Shown: positions 43,871-51,648 of the stretch, in pieces | Layout: every line of letters begins with the position of its first letter | Position numbering within the stretch: the stretch's first letter is position 1 | DNA from: Candidatus Staskawiczbacteria bacterium | Lineage (GTDB): Bacteria; Patescibacteriota; Minisyncoccia; Minisyncoccales; Staskawiczbacteraceae | Length of the DNA: 64,000 nucleotides | Assembly: GCA_016196125.1 (NCBI GenBank) | Contig: JACPYG010000015.1 | Location: 22,966-86,965, forward strand | Direction of reading: 5' to 3' | The notes under the pieces: model-generated | Database searches by the model: none | What the model was told of the DNA's origin: nothing | Seen by the model: the letters and a program-made list of their open reading frames with translations, nothing else | Position numbers and translations under genes: made by a program

Positions 43871-43944
43871 GCGGAAATAAGGATATTTTTCAATTCGGGC
43901 TGGCCGTGGGTTTGGCGGGCGTTGAAAAATATCCTTATTTCCGC
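43871..43944. repeat. MITE-like hairpin element, minimal 74-bp form (rplX-rplE spacer)
   Basis: Same 23-bp arms as 42495-42610; core TTCGGGCTGGCCGTGGGTTTGGCGGGCG without any nested palindrome. Confidence 0.9.
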
Positions 43945-43954
43945 ATAGATAACT

Positions 43955-44260
43955 TTAAATTTTCGATTTGCATTTCTTACAAATTCTATTCTTTTCTCCT
44001 TTTTCCATATTATATGCTATTCTTGTTGCTTTTCCGCATTTTGGACAAATAATTTTTATATTGGAAATATTTAAAGGAGAAGGAGAAGAAACAACTTGGC
44101 CTTTTTCACCTTGTTTTTTTGCTTTAACATGTTTTTTCTTTAAATTAATTCCTTCAACCAAAACAGTGCCTTCTCTTAAAAGAGATTTTATTATTTTTCC
44201 TGTTCTGCCTTTGTCTTTTCCGGATATTATTAAAACTTTATCGCCTTTTTTAAATTTCAT
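43955..44260 (-). CDS. rplX: 50S ribosomal protein L24 with a C-terminal Cys4 ribbon
   Basis: MKFKKGDKVLIISGKDKGRTGKI (KOW); CPKCG...CKKCK at the C-terminus. Confidence 0.95.
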   Translation of the reverse strand: MKFKKGDKVLIISGKDKGRTGKIIKSLLREGTVLVEGINLKKKHVKAKKQGEKGQVVSSPSPLNISNIKIICPKCGKATRIAYNMEKGEKNRICKKCKSKI

Positions 44261-44263
44261 TTT

Positions 44264-44632
44264 TTACAATAATTCTGTTACCATCATGGCTATTTTATCG
44301 AAACCCTTATCTTTTAATTCTTTGGCTGTTGGTCCAAAAACTCTTCCGCCTCGAGGTAATTTGCCCTCGCCCAATATCACAACTGCGTTATCATCAAATC
44401 TTATATATGAACCATCGGTTCTTCTGTACGCTTTTTTTTGTCTAATAATTACTGCTTTAACTTTCTCATGCTTTTTAACTAACTTTCTCGGTTCTGCCTT
44501 TTTAACAGCAGCCACAATTATATCGCCCAGCTCGGCATATTTTTTACGCGTTCCGCCAAGCAAGCCAATACATTGGATAATTTTTGCTCCGCTATTGTCT
44601 GCGACTTTTAACATTGATCTTGGTTGAATCAT
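44264..44632 (-). CDS. rplN: 50S ribosomal protein L14
   Basis: MIQPRSMLKVADNSGAK. Confidence 0.95.
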   Translation of the reverse strand: MIQPRSMLKVADNSGAKIIQCIGLLGGTRKKYAELGDIIVAAVKKAEPRKLVKKHEKVKAVIIRQKKAYRRTDGSYIRFDDNAVVILGEGKLPRGGRVFGPTAKELKDKGFDKIAMMVTELL

Positions 44633-44641
44633 AGTATTGCC

Positions 44642-44875
44642 TTAAATCTTTCTAATTACTTTCCACTTTTTATCTTTGGAAATGGGCATGGTTTCTTCAA
44701 TAATAACACTGTCTCCTATATGGTATTCTTTATTTTCATCGTGGGCTTTGTATTTCTTATGGACTTTATACCTTCTTTTGTATTTTGGATGTTCTTTAAC
44801 CCTTTCAACATTTACCACTACGGTTTTTTCCATCTTATCTGAAATCACAATACCTTTTAATTTTTTCTTTGGCAT
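44642..44875 (-). CDS. rpsQ: 30S ribosomal protein S17
   Basis: GIVISDKMEKTVVVNVERVKEHPKYKRRYKVHKKYKAHD. Confidence 0.95.
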   Translation of the reverse strand: MPKKKLKGIVISDKMEKTVVVNVERVKEHPKYKRRYKVHKKYKAHDENKEYHIGDSVIIEETMPISKDKKWKVIRKI

Positions 44876-44910
44876 ATTATTCTATTTCTTTTAGTATATC
44901 GCTACGTTAA

Positions 44911-45093
44911 TTACTCGTTAATTATAGTTAAAATTCTCGCTATTTCTTTTTTCGATTGGCTGATTTCTTTTACATTTTTCAATTTATTTGAAGAAAACTT
45001 AAACCTAAGTTCGCTTAATTTCTTTTTGATATCTTGGACTGATTTTTCTAATTCTTTTCTGTTTTTTTTACGAAGCTCTTTTGCAGTGTTCAT
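44911..45093 (-). CDS. rpmC: 50S ribosomal protein L29
   Basis: 60 aa; ELRKKNRKELEKSVQDIKKKLSELRF. Confidence 0.9.
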   Translation of the reverse strand: MNTAKELRKKNRKELEKSVQDIKKKLSELRFKFSSNKLKNVKEISQSKKEIARILTIINE

Positions 45094-45094
45094 A

Positions 45095-45511
45095 TTAATC
45101 TCCTTTTTTAATAAATTTAGTTTTAATAGGCAATTTAATCCCTGCTCCTTTAAAAGCGGCTCTGGCTTCTGTTTCTTTTATGCCGTCTAATTCAAATATA
45201 ATGCGTCCTGGTCTAATAGGATAAACATAATGGTCAACACCGCCCTTGCCTCCGCCCATTCCAATTTCGGCTCCCTTGAAAGTTACTGGTTTGTCTGGAA
45301 AAATTCTTATCCAAAGCTTGCCTCCTTTTTTAAGATAGCGAATTATATATCTTCTTGAAGCTTCAAGCTGTCTGGCTGTAATCCATTTTGTACCCAAAGA
45401 TTTTAATCCAAAACTGCCAAAAACAATATCGGTGGCCCTGGTTTCAATTCCTTTTGACTTTCCTTTATGTTGCTTGCGGTGTTTAACTTTTTTTGGCATT
45501 AATATGCTCAT
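45095..45511 (-). CDS. rplP: 50S ribosomal protein L16
   Basis: LMPKKVKHRKQHKG ... ARQLEASRR ... GMGGGKGG. Confidence 0.95.
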   Translation of the reverse strand: MSILMPKKVKHRKQHKGKSKGIETRATDIVFGSFGLKSLGTKWITARQLEASRRYIIRYLKKGGKLWIRIFPDKPVTFKGAEIGMGGGKGGVDHYVYPIRPGRIIFELDGIKETEARAAFKGAGIKLPIKTKFIKKGD

Positions 45512-45523
45512 ATATAGAATAAC

Positions 45524-46207
45524 TTAATCAAATTTCTCTCCTTTATATATCCAAACTTTTACCTCAATAGCTCCATATGTACAATGAGCTTCTGTTTGAC
45601 TGTAATCAATATCTGCCCTAATGGTGTTTTTTGGCAATCTACCCTCTCTTAACCATTCTTTTCTGGCAATTTCAACTCCATTTAATCTTCCAGACAACTC
45701 TACTCTAACGCCTTTTGCTTCTTTGTTGCCCATAACTCTTTCTATGGATCTTTTCAAAACCTGACGAAATGGCACGCGCCTTTCAATTTGTTGAGCGGCC
45801 CATTGGGCCACAAGAGGAGCTGAAATCCATGGATTTTTTATTTCTTTAATTTCTATTTTTACCTCCCTGCCCGCCGAAGCTTTAGCGGAGGCGGGTCTTT
45901 TTGTACCACTAGTTTTTATCTCAAATATTTTTTTCTCTACCATCTGCCTTAAAACCTCTGCTCCGCTTCCTCCCCTGCCAATAATTATTCCCGGCCTGGC
46001 CGTTTCAATAATAATGCCCAGTTTACTGGCCGAATGCTCTATTTCAATATTAGCCACCGAAGCTTCCACTAACTTTTTTCTCAAAAAATCTTTAATTAGA
46101 AAATCTTCTTGAAGGAATTGAGACATTTTTTTGCCATAAAAACCCCTGATATTCCAATCTTCGGTTCCTCTTATCCTAAATGATTTTGGATGGACTTTAT
46201 GTGTCAT
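45524..46207 (-). CDS. rpsC: 30S ribosomal protein S3 (carries an internal GC-element insertion)
   Basis: MTHKVHPKSFRIRGTEDW ... KH domain ... RADIDYSQTEAHCTYGAIEVKVWIY. Confidence 0.95.
   Translation of the reverse strand: MTHKVHPKSFRIRGTEDWNIRGFYGKKMSQFLQEDFLIKDFLRKKLVEASVANIEIEHSASKLGIIIETARPGIIIGRGGSGAEVLRQMVEKKIFEIKTSGTKRPASAKASAGREVKIEIKEIKNPWISAPLVAQWAAQQIERRVPFRQVLKRSIERVMGNKEAKGVRVELSGRLNGVEIARKEWLREGRLPKNTIRADIDYSQTEAHCTYGAIEVKVWIYKGEKFD
45864..45896. repeat. AGCTTTAGCGGAGG element in frame in rpsC (RPASAKASAGRE)
   Basis: CCCTGCCCGCCGAAGCTTTAGCGGAGGCGGGTC; GC-rich patch in AT-rich coding sequence. Confidence 0.75.
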
Positions 46208-46232
46208 GATTATTCTAAAAATTTTTCTTGGC

Positions 46233-46688
46233 TTATTTTTTCGTTTTTATTTTTTTCTTAACTGATTTTTTCTGTTTTTTATATGTTGTTTCGGTTTTTG
46301 TTTCAGTTAATTTTTTTCCTCCAGACGGAGGATTGGCTGGACCCTCTTTTACAGGGCGAATCTCGCTTAAAACAATCGTTATGTGGGCGCTTCTTTTCAT
46401 TATGGGATAAGCTCTGCCGCGAGACATTGCGTGCCATCTTTTAAGAGTTGGGCCTTCGTCCACTGTGGTTTTTGATACATAAAGATTTTCTTCACCTATT
46501 TGAAAATCATGCTTTGCCGAAGCTGTGGCTGAATTCAAAAGTTTTAAAATCGGAGTAGCTGATTTTCTTGTGGCAAAAGAAAGCAAGACCTTGGCATCAA
46601 CTGCTGTTTTGCCTCTAATCAAATCAACAACCTCTCTGGCTTTTCTTGCTGTTACTCTTAAATGATTTAGCTTTACTGTTATTTCCAT
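46233..46688 (-). CDS. rplV: 50S ribosomal protein L22 with a Lys-rich C-terminal tail
   Basis: LRVTARKAREVVDLIRGK... Confidence 0.95.
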   Translation of the reverse strand: MEITVKLNHLRVTARKAREVVDLIRGKTAVDAKVLLSFATRKSATPILKLLNSATASAKHDFQIGEENLYVSKTTVDEGPTLKRWHAMSRGRAYPIMKRSAHITIVLSEIRPVKEGPANPPSGGKKLTETKTETTYKKQKKSVKKKIKTKK

Positions 46689-46694
46689 AAATTT

Positions 46695-47030
46695 TTATTT
46701 CTTTATTGCTGTCTTTGCCGCTTCCGTTTTTACCGCTTCACCATCTCCTTTTTTCTGTTCTATTTCTCTTTGCATTTTTCCTCCGTGTCTTACGAATTTT
46801 GTTGTGGGGGAAAATTCTCCAAGCTTGTGACCCACCATATCTTCTGAAATATTAACCGGCACAAACTCTTTTCCGTTATGCACTCCAAAAATATAGCCTA
46901 CCATTTCCGGAGAAATTGTGGAATATCTTGCCCATGTTTTAATAATTAATTTTTCGTCCTTTCTGAGTTTTAATATCTTATCTATTAATTTTGGGTCAAC
47001 ATAAGGACCTTTTTTAAGACTTCTTGGCAT
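46695..47030 (-). CDS. rpsS: 30S ribosomal protein S19
   Basis: [15 protein letters not shown] ... [13 protein letters not shown]. Confidence 0.95.
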   Translation of the reverse strand: MPRSLKKGPYVDPKLIDKILKLRKDEKLIIKTWARYSTISPEMVGYIFGVHNGKEFVPVNISEDMVGHKLGEFSPTTKFVRHGGKMQREIEQKKGDGEAVKTEAAKTAIKK

Positions 47031-47034
47031 ATTT

Positions 47035-47060
47035 TTTACTTTTTCCTCCTTTGAATTATA
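47035..47060. repeat. 26-bp perfect direct repeat, copy 1 (upstream of rpsS; duplicates the rplB 3' end)
   Basis: TTTACTTTTTCCTCCTTTGAATTATA is identical at 47121-47146. Confidence 0.95.
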
Positions 47061-47120
47061 TTATTAATTTTGTTATTCATATAATTCTGCACTCGGTCAA
47101 AGTAAATAATTAACAAATTA

Positions 47121-47146
47121 TTTACTTTTTCCTCCTTTGAATTATA
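47121..47146. repeat. 26-bp perfect direct repeat, copy 2 (last 8 codons plus stop of rplB)
   Basis: Encodes FIIQRRKK* on the minus strand. Confidence 0.95.
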
Positions 47147-47970
47147 AACTTATTTGTCCACTTTTTTGTATTTCTTGTTTTTACCCCCAAGGCTGGTTTT
47201 CCCCATGGAGTTTTTGGATGTTTTAAACCAATTGGCTGTCTGCCCTCTCCTCCTCCATGCGGATGGTCAACTGGATTCATAGCCGAACCCCTAACATGAG
47301 GCCTTCTCCCTTTTAATCTTGATTTACCTGCCTTACCAACCCTATAATATCTGTTTTCTGGATTTGAAACCATTCCTATGGAAGCAAAGCACTCGCTTAT
47401 AAATTTTCTTACTTCGGTTGACGGCATTTTCAGGTTAACGTAATTTCCCTCCTGAGCTAAAACCTGAGCCGAAGATCCTGCAGATCTTACTAACTTTCCT
47501 CCTTTGCCAGGCTCTAATTCAATATTATAAACCATTGTTCCAACCGTTATATTTTTTAACTTTACTCTATTTCCTGGTTTTAAAGGAGCTTTCTCGGAAA
47601 ATATAATCTCATCTCCAACTTTCAGGTCTTGTGGCGCAATAATATATTGCCTATATTTGCTATGCCTGCCGGCAGGCATGCCTAAATATTCTATCAGAGC
47701 GATAAAGGCCGTTCTGTTTGGATCATATTCCAAAGCAACAACTCGGGCTGGCGAATCTATTCTTGTTTGTGAAAATTCAATCATTCTATAAAGTTTTTTT
47801 ACTCCGCCTCCTTTGTGTCTTACCGTAATCCTGCCAGAAGACTTCGATCTGCCAACATGTCTTTTTATATTTGCCAAAAGACTCTTTTCTGATTTATCTT
47901 TTGAAAGCAATGAAAAATCGATTCCTGTCATTCCTCTTCTGCCTGACGTTGTTGGTTTATAATGTTTCAT
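47122..47970 (-). CDS. rplB: 50S ribosomal protein L2
   Basis: EYDPNRTAFIAL ... GSAMNPVDHPHGGGEGR. Confidence 0.95.
   Translation of the reverse strand: MKHYKPTTSGRRGMTGIDFSLLSKDKSEKSLLANIKRHVGRSKSSGRITVRHKGGGVKKLYRMIEFSQTRIDSPARVVALEYDPNRTAFIALIEYLGMPAGRHSKYRQYIIAPQDLKVGDEIIFSEKAPLKPGNRVKLKNITVGTMVYNIELEPGKGGKLVRSAGSSAQVLAQEGNYVNLKMPSTEVRKFISECFASIGMVSNPENRYYRVGKAGKSRLKGRRPHVRGSAMNPVDHPHGGGEGRQPIGLKHPKTPWGKPALGVKTRNTKKWTNKFIIQRRKK
47662..47679. repeat. Perfect 18-bp palindrome ATGCCTGCCGGCAGGCAT in frame in rplB (GMPAGRHS)
   Basis: Read directly from the sequence. Confidence 0.95.
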
Positions 47971-47972
47971 AA

Positions 47973-48389
47973 TTACAAAATTTCAATTTTCTGGCCGTTT
48001 TGTATTTTTACAATCGCTTTTGAATATCCCGCCTTGAACCCCTGAACCCTTCCTAATCTTCTTTTCTTTTTTGGTATTTTTATCATATTTACCGAAATAA
48101 CATTTACTCCATAAACGCCTTCTACCGCTTTTTTAATATCTATTTTGTTTGTGTTTGGATAAACTTTAAAAACATACTGATTGCCTTCTGATGACATTGT
48201 TGATTTTTCAGAAATATGAGGCTCTTTAACGGCGTCATAAGAAAAAAACGCAGTTTTTTTACTTTTAGGCAACACGACCGAAGCCTTGACAGGTTTATCT
48301 GCTTTCTTTAACTGCTTTTCTGCCTCTTTTACGACTGCCTTGGGTTTGGTAAAAGATGGTTTCTTTTTTAAAAAATCAAATAAAGCCAT
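47973..48389 (-). CDS. rplW: 50S ribosomal protein L23 with an N-terminal extension of about 45 aa
   Basis: C-terminal part YVFKVYPNTNKIDIKKAVEGVYGVNVISVNMI. Confidence 0.9.
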   Translation of the reverse strand: MALFDFLKKKPSFTKPKAVVKEAEKQLKKADKPVKASVVLPKSKKTAFFSYDAVKEPHISEKSTMSSEGNQYVFKVYPNTNKIDIKKAVEGVYGVNVISVNMIKIPKKKRRLGRVQGFKAGYSKAIVKIQNGQKIEIL

Positions 48390-48416
48390 AAATTTATTTA
48401 ACGTAGCGACATATTT

Positions 48417-49046
48417 TTATTTCAAAAATGTTTTTTCTAAAGTTTTAATTGTGTCTTTTGACATTAACAAATACTTAAATGCCATTAAATCTATAACGTT
48501 CAAATTTCTCGCTTCGACTATGCCTGTTTTTTTTATATTTCTGGAAGATAAAAATAAATTTTTGTCATACTCCGGCAAAGCAATCAAACAACTATTTTCT
48601 TTGCATGGCAGTTTGTTTAAAGTTTTTGCTATCTCTTTTGTTTTTGGCTTATCTGCCTGGATTTTATCTAAAACAACCAACAAGTCGCCTTTGGCTTTTT
48701 CTGAAAGAACCATAAACAGCGCCTTTCTCCTCATTTTTTTAGGAACGTCTTTTTCGAACACCCTTTCTTTTCTTGGACCAAAAGTGATGCCTCCGCCTCT
48801 CCAAATAGGCGACCTAATTGAGCCATGTCTTGCCCTGCCTGTTCCTTTTTGCCTCCATGGCTTTTTGCCTCCGCCTCTTACTTCGCTTCTATCTTTTGTA
48901 TGGGCTGTAATTTGCCTCTTATTTGCCATTTGTGAAACAACAACCTGGTGCAATAAATCAGAGTTCAATTTAACATCAAAAATCCCCTTTGGCAAGGAAA
49001 CTGAATCAACTTCTTTTCCTTCTTTATTGTAAACTGTTGCTTTCAT
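48417..49046 (-). CDS. rplD: 50S ribosomal protein L4
   Basis: RGGGKKPWRQKGTGRARHGSIRSPIWRGGG. Confidence 0.95.
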   Translation of the reverse strand: MKATVYNKEGKEVDSVSLPKGIFDVKLNSDLLHQVVVSQMANKRQITAHTKDRSEVRGGGKKPWRQKGTGRARHGSIRSPIWRGGGITFGPRKERVFEKDVPKKMRRKALFMVLSEKAKGDLLVVLDKIQADKPKTKEIAKTLNKLPCKENSCLIALPEYDKNLFLSSRNIKKTGIVEARNLNVIDLMAFKYLLMSKDTIKTLEKTFLK

Positions 49047-49058
49047 AATAATAAAATT

Positions 49059-49649
49059 TTATCCTCTAATCTCAAGCAAAGTTCCCCTATGTCCCGGTAT
49101 TGCTCCTTTTACTGCCAACAAGTTATTTTCTTTATCAATTTTGGCTATTTTTAAATTTTTTACAGACACTCTTTCATAGCCCATTCGACCTGGCATTCTT
49201 CTTCCTTTAATAACTCTCTGCGGAAAACGGCTTCCCGTAGATCCTATTGTTCTTTGTTCGTGTTTTACTCCATGAGTGGCATTTCTTCCGGAAAAACCGT
49301 GCCTTTTTACTCCACCCTGAAATCCTTTTCCTTTTGAAATTCCCGAAACTTTTATCTTGTCGCCCTCATTAAATATTGAAACATTTATTTCATCACCGGT
49401 ATTATATTTTGAAATATCTATGTCTCCTTTAAATTCTTTAACAAACTTATATTCTTTCCCTTTCATAGATTTTTTAATTTTATTTTTTTTCTCTAACCTT
49501 TTCATGCCAACCTGAATAGATTCATATCCATCTCTTTTTTTCTGTAAAACATAACAAGGGCCTCCCAAAATTAAAGTAACCGGTATTACCTTGCCATCAT
49601 TATCAAATATTTGCGTCATTCCTATTTTTTGTCCTAAAATAAACTTCAT
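49059..49649 (-). CDS. rplC: 50S ribosomal protein L3
   Basis: MKFILGQKIGMTQIFD. The start codon lies inside the first heptad of the repeat; the ORF-track MFYVSCF is repeat read-through. Confidence 0.95.
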   Translation of the reverse strand: MKFILGQKIGMTQIFDNDGKVIPVTLILGGPCYVLQKKRDGYESIQVGMKRLEKKNKIKKSMKGKEYKFVKEFKGDIDISKYNTGDEINVSIFNEGDKIKVSGISKGKGFQGGVKRHGFSGRNATHGVKHEQRTIGSTGSRFPQRVIKGRRMPGRMGYERVSVKNLKIAKIDKENNLLAVKGAIPGHRGTLLEIRG

Positions 49650-49727
49650 GAAACATGAAACATAAAACATGGAACAAAACGAAGATATATTATTGTTATG
49701 TGTTCTATGTTGTGTGTTATGTGATTA
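49647..49727. repeat. Heptad-periodic hairpin element (CATGRAA / GTTATGT), copy 2, in the rpsJ-rplC spacer
   Basis: CATGAAACATGAAACATAAAACATGGAACAAAAC ... TTGTTATGTGTTCTATGTTGTGTGTTATGTGATTA. Confidence 0.85.
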
Positions 49728-49738
49728 ATAATGAAAAA

Positions 49739-49789
49739 CTGGGCGATTGCCCAGCTTCGGCAATGTTGTTACCCCCGCAATGGCGGGGG
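49739..49789. repeat. Two short GC hairpins in the rpsJ-rplC spacer
   Basis: CTGGGC GATT GCCCAG (49739-49754) and CCCCCGC AATG GCGGGGG (49772-49789). Confidence 0.8.
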
Positions 49790-49828
49790 AAGTTAACAAT
49801 TGAACGATTTTTAATATATTTGCTTGTA

Positions 49829-50146
49829 TTATATTTTAATCGCAATATCAACTCCAGAAGGTAAATTCAAATCCCTTAGAGCTTCTATAATCTCTTGGTT
49901 CGGAGTTAATATATCAATCATTCTTTTATGTACCCTCATCTCAAACTGTTCTCTGGCGTTTTTATGAACAAAAGTCGATCTGTTTACGGTAAATTTTAAA
50001 ACTTCTGCAGGCAAAGGAACAGGACCTATCACTTCAACTCCATAACGATTTGCTATATCAATTATCTGCCTGGCCGAATTATCTATAATCTTATGATCAT
50101 AAGACCTAAGCTTTATCCTAAGTTTAGGTTTTACATCTTCAGACAT
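49829..50146 (-). CDS. rpsJ: 30S ribosomal protein S10
   Basis: KLRIKLRSYDHKIIDNSARQI. Start placed at MSEDVKPK (ATG 50146, preceded by GAAGGAAAG). The ORF stays open to 50266, which would add 40 aa including MPAGRQ. Confidence 0.9.
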   Translation of the reverse strand: MSEDVKPKLRIKLRSYDHKIIDNSARQIIDIANRYGVEVIGPVPLPAEVLKFTVNRSTFVHKNAREQFEMRVHKRMIDILTPNQEIIEALRDLNLPSGVDIAIKI

Positions 50147-50208
50147 ATTCTTTCCTTCTTCTAGAAGAATATTTGCTTTAATACCCGTTTCTTTAGATGG
50201 CTTTTTTA

Positions 50209-50230
50209 CTGCCTGCCTGCCGGCAGGCAT
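50209..50230. repeat. GC palindrome CTGCCTGCCTGCCGGCAGGCAT in the tuf-rpsJ leader (or the rpsJ N-extension)
   Basis: The core TGCCTGCCGGCAGGCA at 50214-50229 is a perfect palindrome. Confidence 0.9.
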
Positions 50231-50301
50231 TGCTTTCTTTCGAATTGCTGGTTTCTTGACTGGCATCTTATGATTTTATGAACGAAGTGAATAATATCAT
50301 G

Positions 50302-50370
50302 ACCCCGCCCTCCAAGCTTTTGATTTTATTCATTTAGCATAGAGGGCGGGGCAAGCTCGCCATCGCTCAC
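50302..50370. repeat. GC hairpin element ACCCCGCCC...GGGCGGGG, copy 2, abutting the tuf stop
   Basis: See 32839-32904. Confidence 0.85.
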
Positions 50371-51564
50371 TTACTTTATAATTTTTGTTACTACTCCGGC
50401 TCCTACTGTTTTACCGCCTTCACGGATTGCAAATCTTTTGCCTTCTTCTAAAGCGGCTGGAGCTATCAACTTTACTTTCAAATTAGCCGTATCACCTGGC
50501 ATTACCATTTCGGTTCCCTCTTTCAATGAAACATCTCCGGTAATATCTGAAGTTCCTATAAATAGCTGGGGTTTGTATCCAGTGAAAAATGGCGTGTGAC
50601 GACCTCCTTCTTCTTTTGTTAAAACATAAACTTCTCCCTCAAACTCTGTATGAGGAGTAAGAGAACCTGGCTTTGCCAATACCTGGCCTCTTTCAACATC
50701 ATCTTTTTTCAATCCTCTTAGCAAAATACCGACGTTCTCGCCTGCGCGTCCTTCGTCTAAGCTCTTTTGGAACATTTCAACAGAAACTACCACTGTTTTT
50801 TGTGTTGGCCTGATACCCACTATTTCAACTTCATCATTTGGATGGATAATTCCTCTTTCAATTCTGCCGGTAACAACTGTTCCCCTTCCTTCAATTGAAA
50901 AGACATCTTCAATAGACATGGCAAATGGCTTATCCAATTCCCTTACTGGTTCTGGAATATAATTATCCACCGCATCAAGTAATTCTGTTATGCATTTTGT
51001 GCTTTGGTCATCAATGGAAGTGGCTTCTAACGCCTTTAATGCAGAACCTCTGATTATAGGGATTTCGTCACCTGGGTATCTGTATTTTTTTAATAATTCC
51101 CTGACTTCTGATTCAACTAAATCCAAGATTTCCGGATCATCAACCATATCAACTTTATTCATAAATACAACCAACGATGGCAATCCTACCTGGCGGGCCA
51201 AAAGAATATGCTCTTTAGTTTGAGGCATTGGTCCATCTGGGGCTGAAACTAACAAAATTCCACCGTCCATTTGAGCGGCTCCCGTAATCATATTTTTAAT
51301 ATAATCAGCGTGGCCTGGACAATCAATTAAAGCATAATGCCTTTTTGCTGTTTCAAATTCCAAGTGTGTAATTGAAATAGTCACGCCTCTTTGTTTCTCT
51401 TCCGGAGCCGAATCAATCTGGTCTACTCCTTTTTCAGAAGACCTAAAACCTCGCAATTGTGAAACTTTCATAATTGCGGCAGACAAAGTGGTTTTGCCGT
51501 GGTCAACATGACCGATAGTGCCGATGTTTACATGAGGTTTGGACCTCTCAAATTTTTCTGCCAT
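50371..51564 (-). CDS. tuf: Elongation factor Tu
   Basis: [22 protein letters not shown]. Confidence 0.98.
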   Translation of the reverse strand: MAEKFERSKPHVNIGTIGHVDHGKTTLSAAIMKVSQLRGFRSSEKGVDQIDSAPEEKQRGVTISITHLEFETAKRHYALIDCPGHADYIKNMITGAAQMDGGILLVSAPDGPMPQTKEHILLARQVGLPSLVVFMNKVDMVDDPEILDLVESEVRELLKKYRYPGDEIPIIRGSALKALEATSIDDQSTKCITELLDAVDNYIPEPVRELDKPFAMSIEDVFSIEGRGTVVTGRIERGIIHPNDEVEIVGIRPTQKTVVVSVEMFQKSLDEGRAGENVGILLRGLKKDDVERGQVLAKPGSLTPHTEFEGEVYVLTKEEGGRHTPFFTGYKPQLFIGTSDITGDVSLKEGTEMVMPGDTANLKVKLIAPAALEEGKRFAIREGGKTVGAGVVTKIIK

Positions 51565-51648
51565 TTTTTTATATTGAATTAATTAATATTATTTTATATG
51601 TTTGTCATTGTATTACAATTATTTAAACAAGTCAAGGTTTTTTGAAAA

